DNA of 63,339 nt, the filler included, from Folioceros fuciformis (lineage: Eukaryota): assembly GCA_049999805.1 (NCBI GenBank). It is 5 parts of 4 records of this genome, joined end to end, with 100 filler letters (N's around TTAATTAATTAA, not from the genome) between each part and the next. Parts side by side here need not be neighbours in the genome. Positions count along the whole stretch, not along the records: positions 7,732 to 33,492 come from JBNGIO010006379.1; positions 33,593 to 50,391 come from JBNGIO010006379.1; 3 more parts are not named here. One strand, given 5' to 3'. The translations under genes and the position numbers were made by a program. Positions 23,347 to 38,714 of this stretch are shown here, one piece after another; the first letter of the stretch is position 1; every line of letters begins with the position of its first letter. The notes under the pieces are model-generated. The model searched no databases, was not told the DNA's origin, and was given only the letters and a program-made list of their open reading frames with translations.

Positions 23347-26059
23347 TTACGCCTCAGTCTTCTTCCTCTTCCTTCTCGCCTCCCCGGTTCCACTGATGTC
23401 ACGCTTCAGCTTCGTGATTTCTGCCTGCAAATCGCGGTTCGTGCGCTTCTCTGTATCGATGATGTTCCCCAGGTAGCTGACGACCTCTCCTAGAGAAGCT
23501 GCCCGGCCTCGTGTCAAGGGGTGGCTGCCCTCGGCAGCGAAGTTGCACAGAGTTGGATCCGTGTCCCAACCGGTGGGATGGTACTCCTGGAATTCCTTCA
23601 ATGCGGTGATTACCCCATGGTAGGGCTTTTCACCGGATTTAGCCGTCATCGGCTTGAACAAGGGATCTTCAGGGTATACTTCAGCAATCCACTGCATGAC
23701 ATCGATCGCGATGCAACAGAGTCACAGGAAGCTAGACACTCAGCTGGGGGTTGCAGTGCTCCCTTATCGTACGAGACAACGAAACAAATCTAAAGGAGAT
23801 CCTCACCTGAGTTCCATCCGGGTGGAGGAAGGTCCTCTTGAATGGAAAAAACCCGCGTTCCATTTCCATCTCGCCCCTCTCAGCGCGTATTTTCGTAAGT
23901 TGAACTTTCCAGTCCCAGTGGTTGTAATTGGCGTCCCCTGCTTCGTTCCAGCCGCTGTCGTCGATCTCACAGAACCTCTCGACTCCAATACCCTCGTGGA
24001 CATCGTTGTGAATAGCTTGGATCACCTGTGAAAGACAGTTGGAAGACACAAGCTTACGGTACTACAAGCAACACGCCAAAGCAACAAGCCAGCTGGCATC
24101 ACAGCTTAGAGACATCCATTTCAAAGGTCTGACCGCCACTGCCGCTTTCTTGGCATCCTGGAGTTGGATTAAAGCCTTGCGACGGGATAGAAACAGGCTG
24201 TTAACCACATTGAGTGCTCCCTGCTTCAGCTCTTCGAGCTCCTTTAGTTTCCTTTCCAACTCTTCGTTTTTTGTAGTGGATTGCGCAAGACGCAGCTTAT
24301 GTTGCTCAATTTCATCCTCCAGTTCGGTTACGGCCTTACGATGGGACGCAGACTGGCTGTTAACCAGATCGAATGCCCTTTCCTTCTCTTCTTCGAGATC
24401 CTTAATTTTCTCCTCTAACTCTGCGTTTTTTGCAACGGATTGCGCAAGATCCAGCTTTTGTTGCTGAATTTCGTCCTCCCGATTCTTCTCCTTCTGCTAG
24501 GAAATCGTGGGATAAAATGCTTCTGAGTCACCCTAGAACACCTAGAACATAACACACAAGCCACAAGAATTGCAATGTGAGGAAACTTGATCGTTATCAA
24601 CCTCGCGCTCCTGAGCGGACTTACTCCCAACTTCCAGCAGCAAATTAGCCTGTTCAACCAGGCATGAATTAGTGAAAAGAGTTGAAATCCACAACACTTT
24701 TCGAAACCCACACATGTCAGCACTTTTGCCTCCTCTTCTGCCACCTCTGGCCTCTGAAGCTCGCGTCCCCCGACTCATTGGAAAACACACACACACACAC
24801 CTGGTCTAATTCACGTTTGAGCCGCTTCATTTCTGCTTGATCCTGGCTCTCTTTGATGCTCATCTCCTTGTAACCAGTAAACAGGCTTGACAATTTTCCC
24901 TCTAATTCACGAATCTGCAACGTCATCTGCTCGTTGAGGAACTTTTTCACTCGTTGGGAGTGAGCCCTCACGCTTCCCAGCTCTGCCACTGCAGATCACT
25001 CTGCCGTTAGCGAGGTAGAAAGGATGGAAGAGTACACGAAACCATGAGACATCCCATCAAAACCTTGTCTGTGCTTCGCTCTCAGACGCTGCAATTCCCC
25101 CTCCATTTTCATCATGGCCTGCTCAAGCTCGGCAGCCTCCTCATTGTGGATCAAATTGGTTTTCTCGGCGTCTTTCTCATCCACGCACCATTGCAGTCGC
25201 AGGATTTTACGGACCTTCTTCTGCAGCTGCTCTTTAGTCCTTATTTTCTCTTCCTCCAGCGCCTGGCTAAGGGTCTTGAGGTGATGCTTACTCCGCAAGA
25301 ACTCCCCGACTAACCCTATACCATTGTAGTCGTCTTCACCGGCCATCCAGCCGTACAGGTCCGTCCCCTGCCGATCTGTCCCCTTGTTCTGGAGCCACTG
25401 TTGCCTTCCCCGACGTACCTCCAGAAAAGCTCTCTCAAGCAGCCGGCAGTTCCTATACCCCTCCATATCTCGTGCGAACGTAAGGACCGCTATTCCCGTC
25501 CTGGGGTGCCCGTCATCGGTACTCCAGAACTCCAACACCTGCTTAGGATGGAACTCATCGAACATGTACCGCAGGTCACCGGGCTCGGGGCTGATTCTTC
25601 TGCCATCCGGGCCAACATTCTGGGCATTGTAGACCAGTCCCACCCACGGGTGCACCATACGGTGCTCGGTCCGCTCCCGAGCTTCCGCCGATTCAGTCAC
25701 CGGGAACGGGTCTGCGACCATCGGGCAGCCAGCCCGCACTGTTACTGCCCACCGATGACACGAAAAGGCACGAACATGACTCGGGACAAAATCCACTCAC
25801 ACACTCACACAAACCCACCTTCCCCAGGCTTTAACCGCAGGAACCTCGAGACCGGGTGGCACTGGCATCTGGTCTCGCTGCACCCCGCGTGGTTGCAGAG
25901 CGAGTGGTAGAACTGCTCCTCCTTTGAGGAACAGCACCGGCAGCGACACGTCCCCCGGGCATTAGGGACCAGGGTCTTCTTCGATTTGAGGTTCTCCATG
26001 GCTGGAGGTTCCAATCCCCGCGTCTCCACCACATTTTCGTCGCTGCTCGAGGCATCCAT
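23347..26059 (-). CDS. Divergent IDN2/FDM-like XS-XH protein (tandem paralog, multi-exon; 5' end uncertain)
   Basis: XS (VHPWVGLVYN, LYGWMAGEDDY), coiled coil and XH exons are collinear with the neighbouring gene; GT-AG junctions can be placed in frame. Confidence 0.8.
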
Positions 26060-26905
26060 GAAATCACCGTGGATCCCTCTTGGTGTAGGTGCACAAACAG
26101 CCTGAGCACAACACAACACAGTTCAGAGCCGCCTTGGCCCGATAAGACAAGATCAAAGCATTCCCAACATGCAGGACTCGAATCCATGCGAAGCTGGAGA
26201 CAGGAAAGTGCCTGTCGGTTTTGGAGAGTACTTTGCGTCGGTTTTGGATAGTACTTTGTACCCTTGCAAGATGAATTTGACATGCATTTGCCAAGTGTGA
26301 GATTATCGCTGGTTAACGAATGCATGAACGTCGCGCGCACGCGTCTCAGGATACCTGGCTGGACTCGGAAGCTGTCGGAACCCTTTCGTCGAATTTTGAG
26401 CTGGCGGTGCTGATATTGCCGATCTGTGCAATTTCGAGAGGAGAGCTGCTGTCCACGCGCATCAGCTCGAGCAGTTCTGAACTAATGCTGTGTCCCTGGA
26501 ACACTAGCATTTTATGTGCATTTTTGGGAGAGATGGCGCCGTGTCTCTGAATCGCCTGGGAGAGATGACGCTGTGTCTCTGGATCGCCTCCACATGCATG
26601 GAACAGGGAGTAGCCCGGATCCATGGCCCCGTCCCATGGTGGATCCGGGCCACTCCCTCTCGCTCTCCCTCTCCGTTGCGGGAGTCACCCATTCTCTCCA
26701 TGCCCGTTATGCGTCGGGATGCAAAGTCCGCGACGAACACACCAGCGGGCCTATATTGAGAGGCTGGCGCTTACAGCACTGGACTCTGTGCTTTAGTTCA
26801 AAAGTTTCGGAATGGGAGGCTCACGGGGGATAACCATTTTGTCCCAGAAGTTTCGATCCTACAATCTTTCCGCCACTGTGCAAAATTCCTAAACTCGTCT
26901 GCCGT

Positions 26906-29500
26906 CTAGGATATAGTCTTCTTTCTCTTAGCTCTGCCCCTCCCCGCTCCACCGCTAGCACCCTTCAGTTTCTTGATTTCTGCCTGCAAATCCTGGTTGG
27001 TGCTTTTCTCTGTATTGATCACATTCCCCAAATGGTTGACGACCTCTTTTAGGGTTGCTTCCCGGCCTGGCGTGAAGGGCTTGCTGCTTTCTGCAGCAAA
27101 GTTCCATAGAGTTGTGACTGGGTACCGACCGCTGGCATTGTAGTGCTGGATTTCCATCAACGCAGTGGCTACCCCATTGAAGGCCCTTTCACCGAATTTA
27201 GCCTTCAGCTGCTTCAACAGGGGATCGTCGGGATCTACTTCCTCCTCAAACTGCACGATGCAACAGAGTCACAAAAGCCTATCGACTCAGCTCCACGCGC
27301 AGTGTTCCCTTCATACAAGACGAGAAAACGAAGGAGATCCTCACCTCCGTTCGATCCGAGTTCTTGTAGACCTTCTTGTATGGAAACCAGTCGTGCTTCT
27401 TTATCATCTCATCCCATTCTGAGCATATTTTGGCAAGTTTGGCTCGCCAGTCAGGATGGTTGAAATGAGCTTCACCTACGTCCTTCCAGCAGCTGTCGTC
27501 GATCTCACCGCACCTCTTGACTCCAATACCCGCCTGGGCGTCACCGCCCAAATTTTGGAGCAACTATACAGAACAGCCGAAACACGCTTACGCCGCGGGC
27601 ACCCTAATGGAACACGCCAGCCTCACCTCAAATGATATTTTGGTTTCACAGACAGACACATGTAAGGTCTTACCGACACTGCTGCTTTCTTCGCACCCTC
27701 AAGTTCGTCTACGGCCTTACGATGGGACAAAGCCAGGTTGTTAACCATATCCAATGCCCCGTCCTTCTCTTCTTCGAGATCCTTTAGTTTCTCCTCCAAC
27801 TCTGCAATTTTCCCAGTTGATAGCTCCGTGCCTCCAACTTTCAGTTTTTCTGTTTCTATGGTCTCCTGTATGTGCTGAGCTTCGATCTCCATCTGTTGCT
27901 GCTTTGCAAGTTGCAGCTTTTTTTGCTGAATTTCGTTCTCCAAATTCCTCTGCTCATTCTGCAGTTTTCGCAAGGCAAAATTCCCTATCAAGTCACTCCG
28001 AAAACCTTGTGCCCGGAAACCTCAAGAATTGCAATTTGAGGAAGCATCACTAACCTCGTGCTTCTCTATTAAGCTTCGCTCCTCATCACGGTACCTGATC
28101 CGAACTTCCACTTCTTTCCTCACAGTTTCCAGTTGCCTCATATTCTGTCCAAGCCAAGCCTGGATTAGTGGGGGTACTCGAAACCCCCAAGCACCCTCCC
28201 TCCCCGGCTCGACGGCACTGAAACTTCATTCGATTGAAAAAAAAAAGAAAACCAAAAACAAATAAAGGAGAACGCTTCACTTCTTCTCTTTCAAGTTCGA
28301 GCCGCTTCTTCTCAGCTTCATTCTGGCTCTCTTTGATGCTCATGTCAGAAGAGCGCTGTTGCAAGGTTGCCATTAGTTGTTCCAACTCATGACCTCGTCG
28401 CTTCATCTCTTGATTGTGCAACTCCATGGCCTTTTGAGATTCAGATCTCAGGGTTTCCCTTTCTGTCACAAATTTCTGACTTTTGGCAAGAGAGGCAGGA
28501 AGTGTAGGGTGGAAACACGAAACCATGACAAAAGAAAGCTTAGAGGTTCCATACCTTGTCTATGCTTCTCTTCCAGCAGCCGCATTTCCAGTTCCGCTTT
28601 CTTACTCGCCTGCTCGGCAGCCTCCATCCTGTTAGCCATTTTGAACTTGTCGGTATCTGCCTTTGCCAGCAACTGCTGTTGATTCTGGATGGTTTCATGC
28701 AGCTGCTTCTGCAACTGGTCGCTAGTCCTCATTTTTTCTTCCACCAGCTGATTCATGGTCTTCAAATTATGCTTCTCCCGCAAAAACTCCCCGACCTTCC
28801 CTTTACCATTGTAGTCTTCTTGGCCGGCCATCCAGCCATAGAGGTCCGTCCCCTGCCGATGCGTCCCCTTGTTCTCAAACCAATCTTGCCTTCCCCGATG
28901 TTTCTCAAGAAAACTCCTCTCAAACAGGCGACAATCCCCATATCCCTCCATATCTCGCTTAAAGATAAGAGCCGCCATCCCCAGAGGCCCGTGGAAAGCC
29001 CAGAACACCTTCACGTGCTCGGGATTGAACGCTTCAAACTGCTGCTTCAGCTCTCCGGGCCCGGGGCTGATCCTTCTGCCATCGGGGCCGACAGTCCCAA
29101 CATTGTGGATGAGCCCCACCCACGGATGCACCACCTGGTGCTCGGCCTGAGCCCGCTTGGGCGCGGCCTGCTCCAATTTCACAAGCCGGGGCGCGGCTGG
29201 TGCCGCAAACTCCTTCAGGTCCTCCCGAAGATACTTGTGCAGCGCTCGGTGCTGCCCTCCCTGCTCGTTCCCACGCTTTCCTCGACCGACGCCGTCAGCA
29301 TGCGCTAGCAGCTCATGGTACTTATAGTCCTGCTTCTTCTTGCTGACACAGAAAGGGCAGCGATACGTCCCGTCTCCATTAGGCACCGTATGCTTCCCAC
29401 TCTTCAACCCCTCGGTTGCTGCTTCCTCAAACTCGTCCATATCCACCTCATCTTCGTCTTGCTCTGACGCGGAGTCCATCTCGTAGTCCTCGATCTCCAT
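26906..29500 (-). CDS. IDN2/FDM-family RdDM protein (zf-XS, XS, coiled coil, XH), about 688 aa; exons 29500-28555, 28462-28281, 28144-28055, 27958-27674, 27563-27345, 27250-26906
   Basis: YRCPFCVSKKKQDYKYHELLAHA; VHPWVG; LYGWMA; IGVKRCGEID; CSEW...WFPYK; HYNASGRYPVTTLWNF...ATLKE; splice phases are consistent. Confidence 0.92.
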
Positions 29501-30717
29501 CCCCACCTCTTCTACCAGGAAGCTCCTTCCCCTCCAGAGACAAAACGCCACCACAGCACAGCACACCCGCAAGCTCAATTGCCACTAAAAGAAGCAAGAA
29601 CGGGCTCCGGCAAGCTGCAACAAGCAAAGCACATGCATTTGGAAAGAGAAACGCTACAAACGCAGCACAACAACACGAAACCGCCTCCAGCTTCCCAACC
29701 TTCGCAAACCAGCAACTGAAGCACTCAATTCCCGCAAGCGGCACAGCACAGCACACCACGAGTCCAATTCGCAGCGAAAAATCAACTCTCACCGAAGACA
29801 CGTACGAGTCGAAGAAGAAGAGTGTCCCGCACCAGGCAATTGCCCGCTCTGCAGCAGACCGTGCGCCCTCCCGCTGCCACGGTACAGAAGCACTGCAGTG
29901 CTGCAACGAATTCGCGAGACGTGCCGTTGAGACTCCGCCGAACCAAGCGAGAAGGGGAAAGGTTTCAAACGTTCCGTTCTGGCTTCATCCAACTCCCTGA
30001 AGCTCGAGGATTTGAGGCCAGGGGTGACCGGCTCGTCCCGTGCGCACCCGCTAATACAATAGGAACACGAAAATGTAAGCTTCTCAGCTAATACATGTCT
30101 ACGTCTACGATCAAGACGCGAGATGGAACATTCCTCACATTTGTTGCTTCACACCCTGTGCCTTTGGTGCACCAAGCACATGGACTGCATCAAAGCTCCC
30201 TGCTTTAAATTTGCATTAACTTAACTCTACATCCTAAAGAACATTCTGTAAGGATTCTACACAAGTATGTAAGATCATATGTTTTCTCCTTTCTCTTGAG
30301 TGAAGTTCTTCTCTTCCGTTCCACTTGGGCTCGGTGCAGTCTCGTTTGGAAAGAGAAAGGATTCTATTAAAGTTAACCGAGGACGGATTTCCGCCACTAT
30401 CGTCCAGACCGTCCAAGATATGAGTATGAATATACGCCCCACGGTGCCGGTGGCCGGTGGAGCGGGAGCCGGTCGCCCGCCAAGGAGTAGTCCAGTACTG
30501 GAATGCGCGGGGTGTTTAGTGCGCCACCAGCAGCTCATCATCAGGGCGTACGTCTGTAACAGATTGATGTGCGGGTGAAGGAGGACGGCACCCGCATTTG
30601 TGAACATGGATTATGACGATCGACGCCGGTGGTGATAGCGCGCACGACCCCTGGATGCGCTCAGTGGCTGCTGCGTGGCTCTCGTAGCGGTTTGGCTAGA
30701 GGAGGAGACGGGGCTGA

Positions 30718-31924
<1,207 letters not shown>

Positions 31925-33492
31925 AGACGGGAGCAAGGTGGCAGAGTCCATGTTTGTCCACCATGTTGAGTCTCGCGAATGAGCCTCCTCGTAGTTCGGT
32001 ACCACCCTTGGTGGCACGGTAGGTGGTGGCACGCAGGATCAACATTTCCATGTCAGATGCTTTGTATCCACATGTATTCTAAGTGAAGTGAGTGGTCTCT
32101 TACTGGGTCTTAACGCTTTCCCCTGACCTCTGACCCCTCATTGTAGTTCGGTGTGTTTCGGAGTTTGCCCGTTCTTGCGGAGCTCGATTTATTCGGCGAT
32201 GCAGTGGCCTTCCAAGGTTGCTACCTCATCCCGACCAATCCGAGATCCAAGAAATTGCGGCTTCCTCCTGATATCATTGAGCTGCATCTTGCCTGTCTTC
32301 ATCTCGCCATTCCTCCAAGCTGCTCTCTGTGACCTAGTGCGGAGGTATGTTCCAAACTTCAAGTTGCAGAGATAGTGTGACTGGCGGCCGTCATCCGTTC
32401 TCCTGAACTGGCTAAACTAGACACTCAAGGCTCAGGACTGTGCACTGAGTCATGATGGCGTCTTCGGAGACAACAGTACACCTATCGCTGTGAATCCGAA
32501 TTCCGGCCCTTGGACGGAGGTTACGAGGTGTGCAACCGAGCTGACTTGAATTCCAACCTGAGTCCATGGAATTTCCGGATACTCCTGTTGAATGCAGGAG
32601 GATGCCGAACACCCTGGTTCTGAGCCACGAATTGGTGCGACAGCTTGCTCTTTTCAGAACGGGTGAGCCTTCGGAACGTGGTGGAATCGATCCTGGATAA
32701 TTGCAACTTCGCATGAAGGAGCAGTGGCTGCGAAGTTGAATCCACTGCAGAGGTACTCATACTGCAAATCACACTTCCAAATAGGCTGCCTGGTTTCCCA
32801 GTATCTCGTGACTCGTGTGGCATCGGGAACCTGTCACAAGGCTCTGGAGTTCCAATGCAAAATGGAGCCCTGTTTCAACCATAGCCGCAAACCTCATATC
32901 GGGGAATGGATTCCGCTGGTCGTATTCCAGCGTCACATCCATCAACCCGGACTCTTCCTTCCTCGCCCCAAAACCCTCCTGCTGGACGTCTTCGTCACCA
33001 AGGTTTGCCTGCCCTGTCGCAAGCGTCTCTCAGGCGACACGGAAGAAGACCCGTCGCTTCCTGTCCATTTCCAAACTGGTAACCAGGTTATTATACTCCA
33101 CCAACATAGAAGGCAGTGGTTTTCGGTAGCCCGGGTACTAACATATCGTTGCCCGTCCGTCCCTATTCAGTTCAGGAAATTTGTTCACGAAGCGTAGTGG
33201 AATCGAAGAGTCGCGGAGTCGCGACGGTGGCCGGTAGCTTGTCGCGGCGTCCACTACCGGGCTTGAGTGTTGAGCACGGGACGTAATACGGTCTAAGGTC
33301 GCAGCAGCGAATAATCATGCCGGGCGCAGCCAATCCCGGGCAGCCGTTGCGTGGAACCTGCAAACTCAACTTGTTGCATGAGAGGGAAGGGCGGTAAAGG
33401 CTGCGAGACGCGGACAGTGTGTTCGAATTCGGATCTCAGCAGGCGCCTCTTCTTCCCCTCGTTTTTTTGGCTTTGGCGGGCCGGGCTGGGCT

Positions 33493-33592
33493 NNNNNNNN
33501 NNNNNNNNNNNNNNNNNNNNNNNNNNNNNNNNNNNNTTAATTAATTAANNNNNNNNNNNNNNNNNNNNNNNNNNNNNNNNNNNNNNNNNNNN
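33493..33592. other. Artificial contig spacer
   Basis: N run with TTAATTAATTAA at 33537-33548. Confidence 0.97.
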
Positions 33593-36540
33593 ACCGCGAG
33601 GAGGAGTCTGAGGAGGGTGAGGACTCTGCCTCGTTCGGGGATGATCTTCCACACGGGGATGATCACACGCCGGTGTATGAGGTTGAGGCGTTCAGGTGCA
33701 AGAGGACTGTGAAGGTGTGTGAATTGCCGTTGGAAAAATTTCTGGATTGCTCTCCTCGCCTCGGCTAGGCTTCGGGTCTGGGGTTTAGGTTTTTTTTTTT
33801 CTTGCGGCATAGATGGGATTCGTGTCTCGGTTGTTGCTTGGATGTTACGTGCGAGTCGTTTGGATGGAAAGATGCTTGCCCTGCAGGTGCGTTATGCCTG
33901 CTCCGGTGTGAGGATGGTGTCGGTTGAAGTTTCCAGAGCAGCGGCTGTGGTTGTGGAGACCTTTCATTGCAACTCGGCAGCTGTATTAGTGGTCTGTGTG
34001 TTTCGTTATTTCGCTGGTGGTGTTCCCAAGCAAAAATCACTGTTGTATTCCTGGCATCGGAGTGCTATCTGCGATTTAGTATGGCTGGGGGTTTGTTTCC
34101 GTTCCGCCCTCTGGTAGACCTATATGAGGGAAAACATTTTGATACTCATTGGCACGATCGGTTTGCAGGGCGTGGCAGAGTTTTTCGTCAAATGGTACGT
34201 GCAGTCTGGTGCTGCTGCGTGATGTTGTTTGCAAGACTGTCTTCCTTTCCTGCGCGGCTGTTTGTTATTTAGCTTGTGCTCTCGACTGCAGGGCTGGGTG
34301 GCCAGAGAAGGCAAATACGTGGGAGCCGTATGAAAATGTTAAACATCTCCTTCCAGAGTTTGGTCCTATTCCTGAGGAGGGGCAGATCAAACGTGGCTCT
34401 CAAAGCAAGCGAAAAGGTAGACTTACCACTGTCAAAACTCCTGCTGTCAAAACCCGTAAACTGTCGTCAACACCAACCGCTAAGATCAGTCATCCCGGGG
34501 TTGAATCAAGGCCATACCTCAAGCCTACAGGTTCTTCAGATAGGGGTTGTGAAGGATCAAATAAGAGGCTTCCTGTGGTGACTGCGGTCAAAGTAGGGGC
34601 AACTGCAGAAGGCTTGGAAGAGGGTTTGGGCACCCCTTCCTTTCAGACAGCCGATGATGGCTCTAAGGATGTCAAAGGAAACTCACTATCTCCTCCCCTG
34701 TCAAACCTCGAGGAAGAAACAAGGCATAATACCCTGGATATGGAAACCAGTGGTGGGGTTATAGACAACGCCGGTTCTGACTTGGTGAATGGCGATGTGC
34801 ACAGGAATGACACTTGTACTATGACTGACTCCGTGAAAGATGCAGAAGGAACATCCGACGCTAGTCTGAAACCTGAGGGCTCAACAAGACGAGTGGGAGG
34901 TGGTGACCAGTCGGATCCTGCCCCAATGGATGCTGGCCATGCTGACAGCCTGCCAGACATTGACATGGAGACAGCTCATCAGCCCAATCTTGATAGGTGT
35001 GAGAAGGCACCTGTGGGTACAGAAGAGGCATCACAGGCTAGAGACCCATGTGCCGTGGAAGAAGGAATTTTGAACAAGGAGTCGCCAGTCATTTCTACAG
35101 AAAGTCGGGAGGACAGTCCTCGTGTTGACAACGAGCTCTCTGAGCTGCCGCATGATCCATTTGAAGCTTACGATGATGGCAAAGTGGAAATTGCCTATAG
35201 TGATGGGAAAGCCAGCAGTGATCGTGTCACTGGAGCCAAGAAAAGAAAGAGTGGGTCTGTCAAGCGAGTCGTCCTAAGTTCAGATGATGTGGAAAACAGA
35301 AAGTCATCTCTGCCTGAACCTTCTGGCTCTCAGTATGAGGTTGCTGAACTTGTGGATGGTGCAGTCGTACGGGTGGCAGGAGCTTCTGCTTTTGGATCAC
35401 AGGGAGCAGCTGGCGAGGAAAAAAAGGTTGGTAGCATGGCACATCCTCAAAATGGAGGGCGTATGGATTCACCTGTGCCGGCACCGGTCTCAGCTGGTAG
35501 CACAGTGAGCAGGCCTCACCGCATAGTGGAAATCATCAAAGCCATCAGTTACAATCAGACGGTCATCAACGGCAAACAGGACGTTGTTGTTATTTTTAAG
35601 GCTTTGAGGTACATGAACATCTCTAATCCGCGCCATCCATAACTGTTGCATGACAATAATTCGTGTGAGCTTGATTGGTATTGGGCATTTCCTTCGCTTT
35701 TTCCGTATTCTTACAAGGTACTGAGCGATATTGTTGGCCCTCAGATCCGATGGACAGGAAGTGTTTGTCAACAATAAGGATATGCGTGAATCAGATCCGC
35801 GACTGGTAAGATTCAATTGCACAGACATAGACATTAGCTGTTAGCAGTCACTGATTTATTTCTGAGAACGTAACTGACTCTTATCCTTCGTGCATTTCGG
35901 TCAAATTCTTCACGGGAATGAGTAACTATCTGGCTGATTGCTGTTACCATTTGCTTGCTACCGTCCTGTACTAATTGCTTGGTATATGGGTGTATCCCTT
36001 GTTGTGTGGGCACAAGTCTTTGCTTATCAGGAAGGTAGAATAGTGACCCAACTCTTGTCGCAGTAGTCCAGAGTGGGCCAGTAGCTGGAAGTTTGAAGGG
36101 CTGCCCCAGTGAACGCTGCTGTCACCTCTGTTGCCTAACGCTTCATGTGTCTGTGGGTACCTGATTCCTTGTTTCATGTGCACGATAGTGTCTACCAGCA
36201 TGCTTGTATCAATGCAGTTGGTATAACCCGTAAATTGCTTGCAAGTTTCTGGGCAAATGTGGAAATTAAGGTGTCTGCATTAGGATGAGGGCGGATGATG
36301 GTTCTCTTCCTGAATTTTTGTGCTCATCACTGCTGTGGCTGTTCGCCGAAATGCATACTAACGTGGATGAGCATGGGGTTGTCCTGTCCGGTTTTCTGTT
36401 TTGATCCTGATGTCTTCTGCATTTAAGCAACTCTCCGTGGGGGCATGCCTGGCCTTCTCGCTAATACTAACGTTGTATTTATGTTCCTCCAGCTTATCGC
36501 ATTCTACGAGCAACACCTTAGGTACAGCAACTCTCAGTGA
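33593..36540 (+). CDS. LHP1: LIKE HETEROCHROMATIN PROTEIN 1 (chromo and chromo-shadow domains), 5'-truncated by the gap
   Basis: Acidic N-terminus; YEVEAFRCKR / FFVKW / GWPEKANTWEPYENV; TGAKKRKSGSVKR; IVEIIKAISY...FKALR / SDGQEVFVNNK / LIAFYEQHLRY, with stop at 36538-36540. Confidence 0.9.
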
Positions 36541-38674
36541 CGTAAGAAGACTGTCGGTAGTCTACGTATTTATTAGCAGACACCGTCTGTACATTAATTG
36601 CCATGCTGAGATAGCAGCTATTTAGAATTCACATCTGCATGCGGTAGGCAGTATAGAGACTAAATAGAGTTGTACGACTAGTTCAGTTTTGTTGGAAAAG
36701 ACTATTATGGTAGGCATGAGCCGCTTAACGAAGCTGGTGATAGTTTGTAATGTTAGAGGATACGCAGGTTGGTACGCTTGCAGCATAGGAAGGATTCAAA
36801 CATTTCTCCCGAGTGTCGAATCGGTTGACGCGGGACAGGATGTCCAATCGAAAACATCGGCAGCGGCGGAGGGAGGAAGCTCGACCTGTAAGTATGTCCT
36901 GGAGTTCCAATATTATGTCTCTGCGTGTCAAAATCTGAATATGCAAGCAGTGGACTATGTGAAGCAGGGGACCCGAAATCCCGCAGTATGTAGATAATCA
37001 GTGTACATAATCCACGCAGGAAAACTGTCGCTGGAGATTGAAATACATCCTTGGATATCGGGAGGGTCGTGCGAGGGTCGCCAACACCACAACTTGAGTC
37101 TACAATGCACGGGCCTGAGTAAACTTCAAAACGGCTGGCTGTGTGGGAAGTGTGTACGCGTGTTGAAGAGAGCACGGACGGGAAAGAAGAATACTGACTG
37201 CCTTGATGCTTTCCTGGCAAATTACGTACAGTACGTCCCTGTAGCACCGATGCAAGTTGCGGAGCAAGGGAAGACCCCGATCGGAATCTGAATTGGCCGC
37301 AATTTTACTATGGGCAAGACGAAGGAGACACATGGAGGGCGAGCGCGCCATTGGGAGTCACCTGCCGTTTCACCGAGTGGGGAGGTGGCTGCACGTTTTG
37401 GTGTCAAGATGGGGCTCGCTTGAGGCTAGGCCTCTGCAACATCTACCAGTCAGATGTCTCAGCGTGAGAGTGAAAGGCAGCTAGATGTTTTGCAGGACTT
37501 GGATCCGTTGGAAGCACTGCCGTCGGCTCGCTTACTTGCTAACCTCGCAACAGTCCGAGAGGAGGTCATAAGAGATTTCAGCCTCAAGGAGCGAGACGAG
37601 GCTCGAAATTCGGAGACCAACAGGTTGAAACAAATTATTCTGATGAGTTGCATGTCTGCACCCACATTTCGAGTCTGGGTTCGGGCTATGGTCTCCACTT
37701 TGGCTCATGTAATCCAGTTCTGGTTTCTGGGTTGGTGAATTGGCGTCTCTCTTATCACACCTCTAGGATGCGATGACTAGTATTGACCTCGGTGCAGGAC
37801 TGCCAGACGGGCACAGTTGGTATGCTTCTGGTTTTTTCCATGTATGCGTTGCCGGTAGCTCCATGAATTTCTTCCTCTGACAGAAGTCAGACTGTTTTTC
37901 CAGCTACTAGCGTGTTCGTTTTACCTTCCATCCGGGGTTCCACAGTACTGCCTCAAAAGTGTGCTATCAGATGTGGGACTGGATTTGTCAAGCCAGATGG
38001 GGTTTGCTGAAGCAAGTACTCCGCTCGCAGTGAAGTAGGGCTGGCACATCAATTGTGAGGGCCTTGCCGTCCTACACATCTGCGAAAAGTGCGTTCAGCA
38101 GAGAGTAGCTGTGGTGGCAGACGGCTGTTCTAAGTGGGTAGAGTCTTCGGAAGTCAAGGCCAGGCATGGGGTACCCGTTCACTGAAAGCAAGAATGAGCC
38201 TTGGGGTCCTGGATTTGAGGTGAAGCAAGCCGTGGATGGGGCACAAGAGAAATGGAGACGGAAAACAACAAAGCAAAGCAAAGCAAAACAAAGCTGAAAA
38301 AGAGAAAGTGTTTTGCGTGTGCCCCCACTGCCAAATGTGTGATACTCGGAAATTTTGCTGTCAATCGATTTCCAGCCCAGCTACCTCGCTCCCTGATCAT
38401 CACGCACACAATACGTACTGTACAAAACTTGCACAACCTTTTTTCCTTGTCATTCGAGCTTCATGTTTGTTTCATCTGAAATTGTATTTTCTCTTGCATA
38501 TGCACACTCTCCCACATGCACGCCGCCCGAACGCAAGAGTTTGCGGGGAGGGGAATTCAGATGAAGATGGTGCAGATCTTGAAGCGGACGCTGCTGCAAG
38601 GCTGACAGGCGGGGATGCACGATGAGCGCTGTTTTGTCGACGGCCAACCGCTGGAAAGGCAAGCCGGCAAGGCA

Positions 38675-38714
38675 TCACCTCACTTCACCTCACCTCACCT
38701 CACCTCGCCTCACC
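38675..38714. repeat. (TCACC)n microsatellite
   Basis: About 8 pentamer units. Confidence 0.85.

Noticed and set aside
30275-30607. Minus-strand ORF with HPHINLLQ and WWR resembling CFIm25
   Set aside because: Only two short matches with wrong spacing; probably chance.
32100-33400. Possible minus-strand spliced gene; likewise plus-strand fragments at 36.7-37.7 kb
   Set aside because: Splice-like signals are present, but I could not build a coherent ORF or recognise a product.
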